Positions 36,936 through 46,457 of a stretch of 64,000 bases of DNA are shown here, piece after piece. The notes beneath the pieces are model-generated. The model saw only the letters and a list, made by a program, of their open reading frames with translations. It was not told the origin of the DNA and did not search any database. Source of the stretch: Patescibacteria group bacterium. GTDB lineage: Bacteria > Patescibacteriota > Patescibacteriia > UBA10025 > JAHIVO01. How positions within the stretch are numbered: the first letter of the stretch is position 1; every line of letters starts with the position of its first letter. The stretch covers positions 8,354 through 72,353 of the forward strand of contig JAHIVO010000001.1 in NCBI GenBank assembly GCA_018816445.1, read 5' to 3'. The position numbers and the translations under genes are program-made.

Positions 36936-38027
36936 TTATAATAAATTTTCCTTATTAGTTAATAAAAAATTAATTACTTTATCTGATACATTTTTATCAA
37001 GATATCCTATTGGATATTCCCAGTGGTTATTTTTTTGAAGCATAAAATTTGTTGCTTCAAATATTTTATTTTTATCCAGATCAGATAAAATATTACTGCC
37101 GCAATCCACTGTTTCCGGTCGTTCAGTAGTCCTTCTGATTGTTACAGTGGGGACATTAAAGATACAGCATTCTTCCTGTACAGTTCCGCTATCAGATATC
37201 GCGCAAATTGCATTTTTTTCTAATTTTACAAAATCAAAAAAGTTAAAAGGACTTGATAATTTGATTAATTTTGATTTAGGCCTTATTCTAAATTTCTTTA
37301 TTTTTTCCTTTGTGCGGGGGTGAATACTGCAGATTATTGGAATTTTATATTTATTAGCAATAAGATTAAGCCCCAAAAAAATATTTTTTAGCCTGAGTTT
37401 GTTATCTACATTTTCTGCACGGTGAGCAGTTACGACAAAAAATTTATTTTTTGAGAGCTTTAGTTCTTTTAATATATTACTTCTATCAATTTTTGTTTTA
37501 TTTTTTATCAGTACTTCATTGATTGGATTTCCTGAAGCCATGATACGCTGGGCAGGGAAACCTTCACGCAATAAGTTTTCCCTGCTTCTTGGCGTATATG
37601 GGAGATTATATGTCGATACTGCATCAATAATTTTACGATTTTTTTCTTCAGGAACCAGAGGATCGTAGCATCTATTTCCTGCTTCCATGTGATAAACAGG
37701 AATTTGCATTTTTTCAGCAATAATTGAAGCAAGACCACTATTAGTATCTCCAAGAATTAGGATTTTATCAGGTGATATTATTTTTAAAATATCGTAAGTT
37801 TTTTTAAAAATAATAGCTAATTGCTGACCAATGTTTGATGTATCTGCTGATAAATAATAATCTGGCTGACGTAAATTTAAATCTTTAAAAAAGATATCTT
37901 TTAAATCTGGTGAATAATTTTGATCAGTATGAATGATTTTGTGATCACATAGTTTATCAAGCTTTTGCATTATTATGCTGAGCCTGATGATTTCTGGCCT
38001 AGTACCCAAAATTGTAGTAATTTTCAT
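36936..38027 (-). CDS. UDP-N-acetylglucosamine 2-epimerase family (WecB/Cap5G/WbjD-like)
   Basis: 'ILGTRPEIIRLS' signature and a 363-aa GT-B-like epimerase fold. Confidence 0.8.
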   Translation of the reverse strand: MKITTILGTRPEIIRLSIIMQKLDKLCDHKIIHTDQNYSPDLKDIFFKDLNLRQPDYYLSADTSNIGQQLAIIFKKTYDILKIISPDKILILGDTNSGLASIIAEKMQIPVYHMEAGNRCYDPLVPEEKNRKIIDAVSTYNLPYTPRSRENLLREGFPAQRIMASGNPINEVLIKNKTKIDRSNILKELKLSKNKFFVVTAHRAENVDNKLRLKNIFLGLNLIANKYKIPIICSIHPRTKEKIKKFRIRPKSKLIKLSSPFNFFDFVKLEKNAICAISDSGTVQEECCIFNVPTVTIRRTTERPETVDCGSNILSDLDKNKIFEATNFMLQKNNHWEYPIGYLDKNVSDKVINFLLTNKENLL

Positions 38028-38125
38028 AGAAATGGTTTAAATATTTAGATTCAATATTTGTTGTATTATAACACATTTATGCTAGTAATCAATACCATTT
38101 TAATTGTAGCTTTTTAAATTATTTT

Positions 38126-39397
38126 TTATTCATCAATTATATCAGCTAGAATCTTCGCATTTTTATCAAGATCATGATTTTTATAAAAAGTTTCTTTTGA
38201 GTTATGAATAAAAGTCTTTGCTTGTTTTGGATTTTTAAAAAAATCAACAATAGCTTTTGCCAATAATGATATATCATTTTCATCAACTACAAGACCTAAT
38301 TTATTTTCTTTTGCATATTGTGAAACATAGGCGTATTCAGGCGCATGTACTAACATCGGTCTTCCCGCAATTAAATAGTCAGTGAATTTACCAGGCGTTG
38401 CGGTTTGAATAATTTCCGGAGCATCTGTATCCCATGATAGCGGAAGGAATAGTAAATCCGCATTATTTTGGATAGCCGGTATTTCTTCCGGGGATGCTTT
38501 AGAGATGATTATATTATTATAATTTTTGATTAATTTTTTAATACTATCAGGGCATTTTGGTAAATACAATTTTAGGTTAACTTGGATTTTATTAATTCTT
38601 CTGATTGCGTTAATGAGATTAATTACACTTTGCTCTTGCGCCCAATAGATATGGCCAGTAAATACAATATTATAAGGTTCAACAGGGTCATATTCACTAT
38701 TTAGCCCTTCATAATTATCTGAAAAAATTGCATTATGAATTATTTCAATGGGAATATTGCCATACCTTTTTTTATATAGGTTCATGGTGCCTTCATTGGT
38801 GACAATAATTTTTGAGGCATTTCTAACCAAGAGTGGTTCAATAAAATTCGCTAGCCATCTAATTGAAGGTGAATACTTGTTGCCTTTATAAATGTCAAAC
38901 AAATATATTTTATATTTCTTTTTAGTGATTTTATGAATTATATAGGCTGATATCAGGGCAAGCCCATCTCCGGAAATGCCAATTAGTACATCAATTTTAT
39001 TTTGCTTTACTACTTTAACGCCTTGGCGAACAACAACCACTAACTGTAAAAACATATTTACCAGAAGATCAATCCGTTTAATATACAATAATTTCGTGAT
39101 AATTTTTGATATTGGTGCCCACCATTTTGTATTTGCTTTTTTAACAATCGTTCCTGAATGTTTTTGAGCATTATCCTCATTAATCATGTCTCGTTTGGTT
39201 TTATGAGGTTCATCATAAAAGTAATATTCACAATCTAGCCAGTATTTATTGTCATGCGGTTGTGTTTTAATGGCCGAGTATCCAGTTAAAAAAGAATATT
39301 TATCTTTCGGAAACTTGGAAAGTAGGTTATATAAAATCATGGGCCCGCCCATCATCGGAGGGGCATAAGTTGTAATAATAAGAGTTTTTTTATCCAT
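38126..39397 (-). CDS. GT-B-fold glycosyltransferase (GT4-like, divergent)
   Basis: C-terminal domain resembles GT4 but has no canonical E-x7-E motif. Confidence 0.45.
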   Translation of the reverse strand: MDKKTLIITTYAPPMMGGPMILYNLLSKFPKDKYSFLTGYSAIKTQPHDNKYWLDCEYYFYDEPHKTKRDMINEDNAQKHSGTIVKKANTKWWAPISKIITKLLYIKRIDLLVNMFLQLVVVVRQGVKVVKQNKIDVLIGISGDGLALISAYIIHKITKKKYKIYLFDIYKGNKYSPSIRWLANFIEPLLVRNASKIIVTNEGTMNLYKKRYGNIPIEIIHNAIFSDNYEGLNSEYDPVEPYNIVFTGHIYWAQEQSVINLINAIRRINKIQVNLKLYLPKCPDSIKKLIKNYNNIIISKASPEEIPAIQNNADLLFLPLSWDTDAPEIIQTATPGKFTDYLIAGRPMLVHAPEYAYVSQYAKENKLGLVVDENDISLLAKAIVDFFKNPKQAKTFIHNSKETFYKNHDLDKNAKILADIIDE

Positions 39398-40595
39398 TAT
39401 TTGTGAGATTACGGTAAATATAAATAGTTTTATTTATAATTTTATCCCAAGTTAATGTTTGAGCAGTCAAATAACCTGCTTGACCCATTTTCTCGCGTTG
39501 CTGCTTGTCGTTTATCAAAAGCGTTAGTTTTTCAAGTAATTGATTTTGGTTATCAGGATCAATTATATATCCCTGTTGGTCATTTGTAATATATTCAGCA
39601 ATACCTGTACTAGCTGTGCAAATAAATGGTTTTTTTAAAGACATTGCTTCCAGGCAAACCATGGAAAAACTTTCAACCACACTTGGTTGAATTAATACAT
39701 GGCAGCAGGCCATAAAATTAATTAACTGCTTTGGCGGTAATTCATTAATAATATATACATTATTGTGTAGTTGTTTGCTCTGAATCAATTCTTGGTAATA
39801 TTTTTTTTTAGGACCTTTGCCGATTATTAATGTAATAAAATTGTTAATCTTATTTTGAATTAGCTGATGATTTGCTTGAATAACCATTTCGATTCTTTTT
39901 TCAGGGACAAATGACCCGATGGTCATAAGTACGATTTTATTTTTCATGACATTTTGCCAATAAGGAGTAATTGATTTCGGGGATGGAATATTTATGCCAT
40001 TTGGTATGATGTGAATTTGCTTATTTACGATTTTTTGATAAGTATTTGCCGCATTTTTTGAAACACATATTAATACGTTCATATTTTTAAGATTATCAAC
40101 GGCTTGCTTAAGAACGCCTTTACCGAATGTGGCAAGATGTTGAGGATAAAGGCCATGAATGGTAATAAGCGATGGAATTTTTAATATATTACCGATTAGT
40201 GAAGCTTCATCGCCAATATAAATCTCATGTCCGTGTACCAGGATAAACCGTTTTTTATTATGTAATTTTTTTGCTTGCTTAATTATTTTATATCTAACAT
40301 AGCGCTTATTAATTAAACTCGCCTGTTTATTTCTAATTATCCGCAACCATTGAAGCAATGAAAGCCAAAATGGGTGGTACTTAATGTAATAAATTTCAAG
40401 GCCATTATCATTTATTATAGATTTTTGTTTATTTGATAATATAAATCTTAGTGATACGGAATAAGGTGTAATTACGGTGATATTAAAGTATTGCTTTAAT
40501 GCATGAAGCTGATCAACTATAAATGTTCCAATTGCAGGATTGTATGCATTGGGGAAAAGCTGGGTAATGATAAGAATATTAGGTTTTATTTTCAT
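39390..40595 (-). CDS. GT4 glycosyltransferase
   Basis: 'VESFSMVCLEAMSLKKPFICT'. Confidence 0.7.
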   Translation of the reverse strand: MKIKPNILIITQLFPNAYNPAIGTFIVDQLHALKQYFNITVITPYSVSLRFILSNKQKSIINDNGLEIYYIKYHPFWLSLLQWLRIIRNKQASLINKRYVRYKIIKQAKKLHNKKRFILVHGHEIYIGDEASLIGNILKIPSLITIHGLYPQHLATFGKGVLKQAVDNLKNMNVLICVSKNAANTYQKIVNKQIHIIPNGINIPSPKSITPYWQNVMKNKIVLMTIGSFVPEKRIEMVIQANHQLIQNKINNFITLIIGKGPKKKYYQELIQSKQLHNNVYIINELPPKQLINFMACCHVLIQPSVVESFSMVCLEAMSLKKPFICTASTGIAEYITNDQQGYIIDPDNQNQLLEKLTLLINDKQQREKMGQAGYLTAQTLTWDKIINKTIYIYRNLTNNG

Positions 40596-41947
40596 GTTGA
40601 ATTGACTAGCGACCCTTTACTTAATTGTGACATCTTTTTTAGTTCTAAACGAATTTTTATGAACAAAACAACATTAGATGTAATATATGAAATAACGGTG
40701 ACCCAAACAGCTCCCATGATGCCATATTTTGGAATAAAGATGATATTCCCTATAATATTTAGTACAAGTATTGCAGCTGTAACCATGCTCATGAATTTCA
40801 CTTTTTTTAATACCAGGAGCATATTAACTATCGGGTTTAGAATAATACTAACAACTAAACTTATCAGCAAGACATAGAGTACGGGCATAGATTCAGTAAA
40901 TTTTTGTTGGAAGATTAATATAGTTAATGGTTTAATAAAAAAAAATGTGGGTAAAATTATAATTGTTATCAAAAAACTAAATTTTTGTATTTTTTTAGTA
41001 GCACCAATAAATTCTTGAGGTTTTTGGAAACTCGAAATTTTTGGCAATAGTACAGTATTAATTGCAGTAAGTATTATTAAGAAAGTCGCATATATTGTGT
41101 TTGCAAAAGAGTAGTAGGCTACTTGATCAAGACTAACCATGGAAGTTAACATAAAAATATCTGTTTTTTGAAAGAGAAGCGAAGCTATTGCCATGACGAT
41201 CAACCATTTACTGTAGTGGAACATTTCTTTTAATAATCCACGCGGGAGAATACTACCCGTTTTGACGATAACCCGATATTTTAAAAAATAGAACAGTCCT
41301 ATAAAAATAAAAATTAAATTTGATGCAATTCCGATATATATTACATTAACTGCCGTCAACATTTTCAATACAGTAAATAGTATAATAACAAGAGTAGTGA
41401 GAGTCGCCTGTGAGAACGTTAGTACAGAGAAGAGAGTGAATTTTTGTTGAGATTGAAAAAGAGTTTTAAAAAACGAAAAGACAATACTAAACAGGATATT
41501 AATGCCAGCTAACTTGATAAATAATGCTAATTCAGGTTTGTGGAATATTGAATTAGCGATTGTTGGAGCAAATATGAATAAAATTATTAATGAAACAACT
41601 CCAAGCAGGAATTCTAATATAAATATTTTTTTTATAAGAAGACCCGCTACATTAGTATCTTTTTTTAAATAAAGACTAAGATATCTAACAAAACTGATAT
41701 TTATTCCAGATAATGCAATACCTGCAACTATAGCACCGATATTGTTGTATGCTACTAGAGAACCTATAGCATTAACTTCTAAAACTTTAAGCGTTACCAA
41801 ACTACCGATAAAAGTAATACCAGTAGCCAAAATACTGGAAGAGAAAACTTTTCCAGTATCTTTAACAACTTTTGAGGATAGAGTACCCTTAATATCTGAG
41901 AAGTTGAAGAAGGTAAGTAGTAACTTGAGATAATTCATCTGGTACAA
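40592..41947 (-). CDS. Wzx-type flippase (MOP superfamily), the second copy in the locus
   Basis: 451 aa with 12-14 TM helices and polysaccharide-biosynthesis-protein architecture. Confidence 0.65.
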   Translation of the reverse strand: MYQMNYLKLLLTFFNFSDIKGTLSSKVVKDTGKVFSSSILATGITFIGSLVTLKVLEVNAIGSLVAYNNIGAIVAGIALSGINISFVRYLSLYLKKDTNVAGLLIKKIFILEFLLGVVSLIILFIFAPTIANSIFHKPELALFIKLAGINILFSIVFSFFKTLFQSQQKFTLFSVLTFSQATLTTLVIILFTVLKMLTAVNVIYIGIASNLIFIFIGLFYFLKYRVIVKTGSILPRGLLKEMFHYSKWLIVMAIASLLFQKTDIFMLTSMVSLDQVAYYSFANTIYATFLIILTAINTVLLPKISSFQKPQEFIGATKKIQKFSFLITIIILPTFFFIKPLTILIFQQKFTESMPVLYVLLISLVVSIILNPIVNMLLVLKKVKFMSMVTAAILVLNIIGNIIFIPKYGIMGAVWVTVISYITSNVVLFIKIRLELKKMSQLSKGSLVNST

Positions 41948-41963
41948 ATGTTAAATTGTGCTT

Positions 41964-43055
41964 TTAATAAAAACTACTAATTGATTTTGTGATAATATTC
42001 TGGTCATCTGCAGATAGTTCCGGATACATTGGTAGTGACAAAACTTCACGGCTAGCTCTTTCTGATTCTATTAAATCGCCTTCTTTATATTTCAAATATT
42101 TAAAAGCTGGCTGTAGATGGAGGGGGAGTGGATAGTGAATCGCAGTTGGTATACCTTTCTCTTTCAGGTTTTTTTGCAATTCATCTCTTTTTTTAACCCG
42201 TATTGTATACTGCTGGTAAACAGTTTTTGTATCTGGAAGAGTGGAAGGAGTAACCACCTCAGTCTGCTTAAACAGTTCATTGTATTTTTCAGCCTTTTGA
42301 ATGCGTAAATCATTCCATTTATCTAAATGTTTCAGTTTTACCCTGAGAATAGCTGCCTGCAGGTTATCTAAGCGTGATGAATCGCCAATGAATTCATGAT
42401 AGTATTTTTTTCTTGAACCATGATTCCTAAGCATGGCTATTTTTTCTGCAATTTTTTCATCTTCCGTAACAATCATGCCGGCATCACCAAAAGCACCCAG
42501 GTTTTTGGCCGGAAAAAACGATAAACAACCAATGTGCCCGATTGAGCACACCTTTTTTCCTTTGTATTCCGCACCAATAGCTTGAGCAGCGTCTTCTATA
42601 ACATATAGATTATGTCTGGCTGCAATGTCCATAATTGGATCCATGTCTGCCGGCTGTCCATATAAATGGACTGGAATTATTGCTTTAGTTTTACTTGTTA
42701 TTTTTTCTTCAATTTTACTTGGATCAATATTGAAAGTTTTTGGGTCAATATCCACAAAAATTGGTTTAGCCTGTTCTAGAACAACAACTTCTGCAGTTGA
42801 AATAAATGTAAAGGTAGGGACAATAACTTCATCACCCTGTTTGATATCTAATGCACGTAATGCCAAAAGTAATGCATCAGATCCTGAGTTTAATCCTACT
42901 GCGTATTTTGATTGGCAGTATTGTGCAATAGCAGATTCTAGCTTTTTTATATCATCTCCCATTATAAACGCACTCCTTTTGATAACATCTTGAATTGCCC
43001 AATCTATTTCGTTTTTAATTGATTGATACTGAGCATTTAAGTCTAATAGTTTCAT
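41964..43055 (-). CDS. DegT/DnrJ/EryC1/StrS-family PLP-dependent NDP-sugar aminotransferase (WbpE/PglE-like)
   Basis: 'LNSGSDALLLALRAL' and 'DAAQAIGAEYKGKKVCSIGHIGCLSFFPAKNLGAFGDAG' with a canonical Lys (…FPAKNLG…). Confidence 0.8.
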   Translation of the reverse strand: MKLLDLNAQYQSIKNEIDWAIQDVIKRSAFIMGDDIKKLESAIAQYCQSKYAVGLNSGSDALLLALRALDIKQGDEVIVPTFTFISTAEVVVLEQAKPIFVDIDPKTFNIDPSKIEEKITSKTKAIIPVHLYGQPADMDPIMDIAARHNLYVIEDAAQAIGAEYKGKKVCSIGHIGCLSFFPAKNLGAFGDAGMIVTEDEKIAEKIAMLRNHGSRKKYYHEFIGDSSRLDNLQAAILRVKLKHLDKWNDLRIQKAEKYNELFKQTEVVTPSTLPDTKTVYQQYTIRVKKRDELQKNLKEKGIPTAIHYPLPLHLQPAFKYLKYKEGDLIESERASREVLSLPMYPELSADDQNIITKSISSFY

Positions 43056-43627
43056 TTTTTTTCAATTTTATTATTATTTTTTGAATATTTTAAACCGCAT
43101 TTTAAACATTCACCTGATTCATCTTTAAAATGCAGGTGTTCTCCGCATTCGCACATCCAGCCTTCAACTTTTGCCGGATTGCCGTAAACTAATGCATAAT
43201 CCGGGATGTCTTTTGTCACAACCGATCCAGAGCCTATAAAGGCGTGCTTGCCAATGGTGTGGCCGCAAATTATAGTGGCGTTTGCGCCGATAGTTGCTCC
43301 TTGTTTAATAGTGGTTTTCAAATAGCGGTTATGTTTTGGGTATTTTGAGCGGGGATTAATATCATTTGTAAAGACCATAGAAGGACCGCAAAATACATCG
43401 TCTTCCAGGGTTACTCCATCAAATACTGATACATTGTTTTGAATTTTTACATTATTGCCAATAATTGATTTACCGCCAATATAGACGTTTTGGCCTAAGA
43501 TGCAGTTACGTCCTATTTGAGCTCCTTTCATAACATGGCAAAAATGCCAAATTTTTGTTTCTTTGCCGATCTCAACCGGTTCATCAATGAAACTTGATTT
43601 GTGTAAAAAATAATCTTTATTATCCAT
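43052..43627 (-). CDS. Hexapeptide-repeat (LbH) sugar N-acetyltransferase (WbpD/PglD-like) with a C-terminal Cys4 zinc ribbon
   Basis: Hexapeptide repeats (IGRNCILGQNVYIGGKSIIGNNVKI…) and C-terminal 'CECGEHLHF…CLKCG'. Confidence 0.7.
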   Translation of the reverse strand: MDNKDYFLHKSSFIDEPVEIGKETKIWHFCHVMKGAQIGRNCILGQNVYIGGKSIIGNNVKIQNNVSVFDGVTLEDDVFCGPSMVFTNDINPRSKYPKHNRYLKTTIKQGATIGANATIICGHTIGKHAFIGSGSVVTKDIPDYALVYGNPAKVEGWMCECGEHLHFKDESGECLKCGLKYSKNNNKIEKK

Positions 43628-43735
43628 TGTTATCCATATTATTTATTTATTCTAAATTTAGGTTCAAAATTGCTTAATTTATCAAAAAAGGTTGGTCATA
43701 TTATACCAACCTTGTTTCTTATTCGCAAGTAAGTA

Positions 43736-44956
43736 TTATTGGAGTTTATCGCTAAAAAGATGGTTAAATAATCTATTATCAAATTTAGTAAATTTCACTT
43801 GCCTCCTGCTCATTACTTTTTTGGCGGTATCCATAGCTTTATCAAGTTTATATTTAATTGGTCCTTTCTGGGCGTCAAACCAAGCAAAAGAGGGGATACA
43901 TTTTGGTAAGTAGCCGGCACCGAAAACATTAGCAGAAAATCCAACTACTGTGCCCGTATTAAACATAGTATTTATGCCGGTTTTTGAATGGTCACCCATA
44001 AAAAGACCGACAAATGTTAAGCGAGTGTTAATTTTATTATTTCCCATTATTACTGTCACAGGCCCATAATTATTTTTTAGATCACTGTTGTTGGTATCAG
44101 CGCCAAGATTGCACCAGCTGCCTATGTAAGAATGCCCCAGAAATCCTTCATGCTGCTTATTGGAAAATTCATGTATTATCGATTCTTCAATTTCTCCGCC
44201 GATTTTTGAAGCCTGGCCAATTGTCGTACCAGGATATATTTTCGCACCGCTTTTTATCAGACATTTTTTGCCAATAAATACAGGTCCTGTAATAGTACAT
44301 AGCGGAAGTATTTCTGTGCCTCTTTCTATGACAACTGGCCCTTTTTCTGCATCAATGACAGCACCTGATTTTATCTTTGAATTTTTTTCAATAAAAATCC
44401 TTTTTTTATTAATCAGAGTTACTTGGGGATAGATTTTACCGTTGATTTTCCCAAGTTCATAGTTATTTTCAGCATCATTGATGACTTCAGTTTCATTATT
44501 TTCAACTAAATCCCAGATGTATTCAGCTAAGGTTACTTTTACGTTTTTTCTCTTTGCTTTAATATCTTTAAAATCCAGCCAGTCTTTTTTTAAATTGATT
44601 TTTTTTAAATTTTCTTTAGTAATATAAGCTGCAATTATCTCTCCCTTAAAAGTAAAAATTACGTCATCTTTTAATGGCCAAAGCTTATTGGCTAGTTTCT
44701 TGTCTGCGATTATGCGGCCATTAATAAAGAGGCACGAATTCATTTTTTTTGCGGACAGAATATTTGTGTTTTTCCGGAGTTTTAGTAATGGCTGGATGTA
44801 TAGCCGGCAATGGTAGTAAACTGCAGATCCCGGCATGCATTTTTTAATTTTTTCAGCCAAACTGAAAATTCCGCAGCGTAGCTGGTAAACAGGCCGGGAT
44901 AATGACAGGGGATGAAAGTTTTTTACTTTTTCATCTTCAAATATGCAAATATTCAT
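43736..44956 (-). CDS. GlmU-like putative sugar nucleotidyltransferase/acyltransferase (NTP_transf_4-like N-domain plus LbH domain)
   Basis: N-terminal 'MNICIFEDEKVKNFHPLSLSRPVYQLRCGIFSL' resembles the 'alternative bacterial GlmU' family; C-terminal hexapeptide repeats. Confidence 0.5.
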   Translation of the reverse strand: MNICIFEDEKVKNFHPLSLSRPVYQLRCGIFSLAEKIKKCMPGSAVYYHCRLYIQPLLKLRKNTNILSAKKMNSCLFINGRIIADKKLANKLWPLKDDVIFTFKGEIIAAYITKENLKKINLKKDWLDFKDIKAKRKNVKVTLAEYIWDLVENNETEVINDAENNYELGKINGKIYPQVTLINKKRIFIEKNSKIKSGAVIDAEKGPVVIERGTEILPLCTITGPVFIGKKCLIKSGAKIYPGTTIGQASKIGGEIEESIIHEFSNKQHEGFLGHSYIGSWCNLGADTNNSDLKNNYGPVTVIMGNNKINTRLTFVGLFMGDHSKTGINTMFNTGTVVGFSANVFGAGYLPKCIPSFAWFDAQKGPIKYKLDKAMDTAKKVMSRRQVKFTKFDNRLFNHLFSDKLQ

Positions 44957-44957
44957 G

Positions 44958-46010
44958 CTACTTTATTATTGGTAATTCTACCTGTTGTTTTGTCTTGGCT
45001 GATTCGTAAATGGCCTCAATAATTTCTACTGACTTGCGCGCTTCACGTCCGTCCATGGCTACATCTTTGTAATTACTAAAATGATCAATAATACTTCGGT
45101 AAACAAAGATATGCCTTGGCGAGGATCCCTGAAATAATCCTAATTCATATACCTGAGGCGGAATATTATTTTGTATTTGAGGTTCAGGATAGTCTTCAAC
45201 TTCCCAAGTTTCAAATTTATCAATAGCTTTGCCGCCGATTTTTATCGTACCTTTACTGCCCATGACAGTCAGGGAACATTCCAGGTTTTTTGGATACGTA
45301 TTTATTGAAAATTCAAGAGTAGCATAAGCTCCATTGGTGAATTGGAGTATGGCATAAGCTTCATCTTCGGTTTCTGTATTGTGGGCAACAGTATCAATTT
45401 TAGCAAAAACATTTTTAACTGGCCCAAAAAACCATTGCAGAATATCAACGTAATGATCGCCTTGGTTTAATAGTGCTCCGCCATCAAGCTTTTTTGTGCC
45501 GCGCCAATTAACTTCATCAAAATACGCTTGCGGTCTGGTCCAGCGGATTGTTAATGCTCCGGAATATAATTTACCAAATTTCCCTTCTTCTATGGCTTTC
45601 TTGGCAATAATTACTGCTGGGTTGTATCTGACTTGTTTAACTACAAAAAGTTTTTTCTGATTTTTTTCAAAAGCTTTGATAATTTCATCAATTTCTGTTG
45701 TATTCAAAGCTAGAGGTTTTTCTATCAACGCATGCTTGCCTGCATTAGCTGCGGCAATTCCCATTTCAGCGTGCAGTCCGTTGGGCGTGCAGATTGACAC
45801 TATATCAATATCATCTTGTGTTAGCATTTTATTATAATCCGTATACCATTTTGTTTTATATTTTTCTCCATACTCCTTTGCTTTTAACTCTGTTTTATCA
45901 CAAAGGGCGGCGAGATTTAATTCATCTTTATAGAGTTGTATAGAACCAAAATGCTGACTAGAGATTCTGGAACAACCAATAATTCCAAAATTAATTTTTT
46001 TATTCTTCAT
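44958..46010 (-). CDS. Gfo/Idh/MocA-family NAD-dependent sugar oxidoreductase (WbpB/GnnA-like 3-dehydrogenase)
   Basis: 'INFGIIGCSRIS' Rossmann motif, 'IVSICTPNGLHAEM' and 'EKPLA'. Confidence 0.75.
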   Translation of the reverse strand: MKNKKINFGIIGCSRISSQHFGSIQLYKDELNLAALCDKTELKAKEYGEKYKTKWYTDYNKMLTQDDIDIVSICTPNGLHAEMGIAAANAGKHALIEKPLALNTTEIDEIIKAFEKNQKKLFVVKQVRYNPAVIIAKKAIEEGKFGKLYSGALTIRWTRPQAYFDEVNWRGTKKLDGGALLNQGDHYVDILQWFFGPVKNVFAKIDTVAHNTETEDEAYAILQFTNGAYATLEFSINTYPKNLECSLTVMGSKGTIKIGGKAIDKFETWEVEDYPEPQIQNNIPPQVYELGLFQGSSPRHIFVYRSIIDHFSNYKDVAMDGREARKSVEIIEAIYESAKTKQQVELPIIK

Positions 46011-46455
46011 ATATCGTTTTTTTAGAGATCCCCTTTTTATTTTTAAAGATTAGCAATATTATTCCAATTAAGCAAATAACAAAAATTTCAATGATTACAT
46101 CAAGTGTATTGATAAGTAAACCGATTTTATTTAATATAAAGACCAATAATGGTACGATGGCAATTGAGAAAACGATTGACAAAGTAGTCCGTTCAAGATT
46201 ATCTATTTTATCTTTAGACCAAATAACCCAAGTCCAAATGAAACCCGGAATAAAAATTACAAATACAGCCCCAAACACAAGTCTAAATGATTCATTAAGG
46301 GGAAGTGATATTCCCAGAATAAGCGAAACAACGACTAAAACCAGAACAAAGGCTAATATATAAGTCATCCAATTTTTTTTCATAAAGATAATGATATAAT
46401 ACCAGGAATATTTTATTTTGAGAAGACCATTTTTTAATGATATAATTAAGTACAT
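46000..46455 (-). CDS. Small membrane protein (likely true start MKKNWMTY… at 46383)
   Basis: Three TM helices; overlaps the upstream gene by 11 nt unless the internal start is used. Confidence 0.4.
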   Translation of the reverse strand: MYLIISLKNGLLKIKYSWYYIIIFMKKNWMTYILAFVLVLVVVSLILGISLPLNESFRLVFGAVFVIFIPGFIWTWVIWSKDKIDNLERTTLSIVFSIAIVPLLVFILNKIGLLINTLDVIIEIFVICLIGIILLIFKNKKGISKKTIYEE

Positions 46456-46457
46456 CT

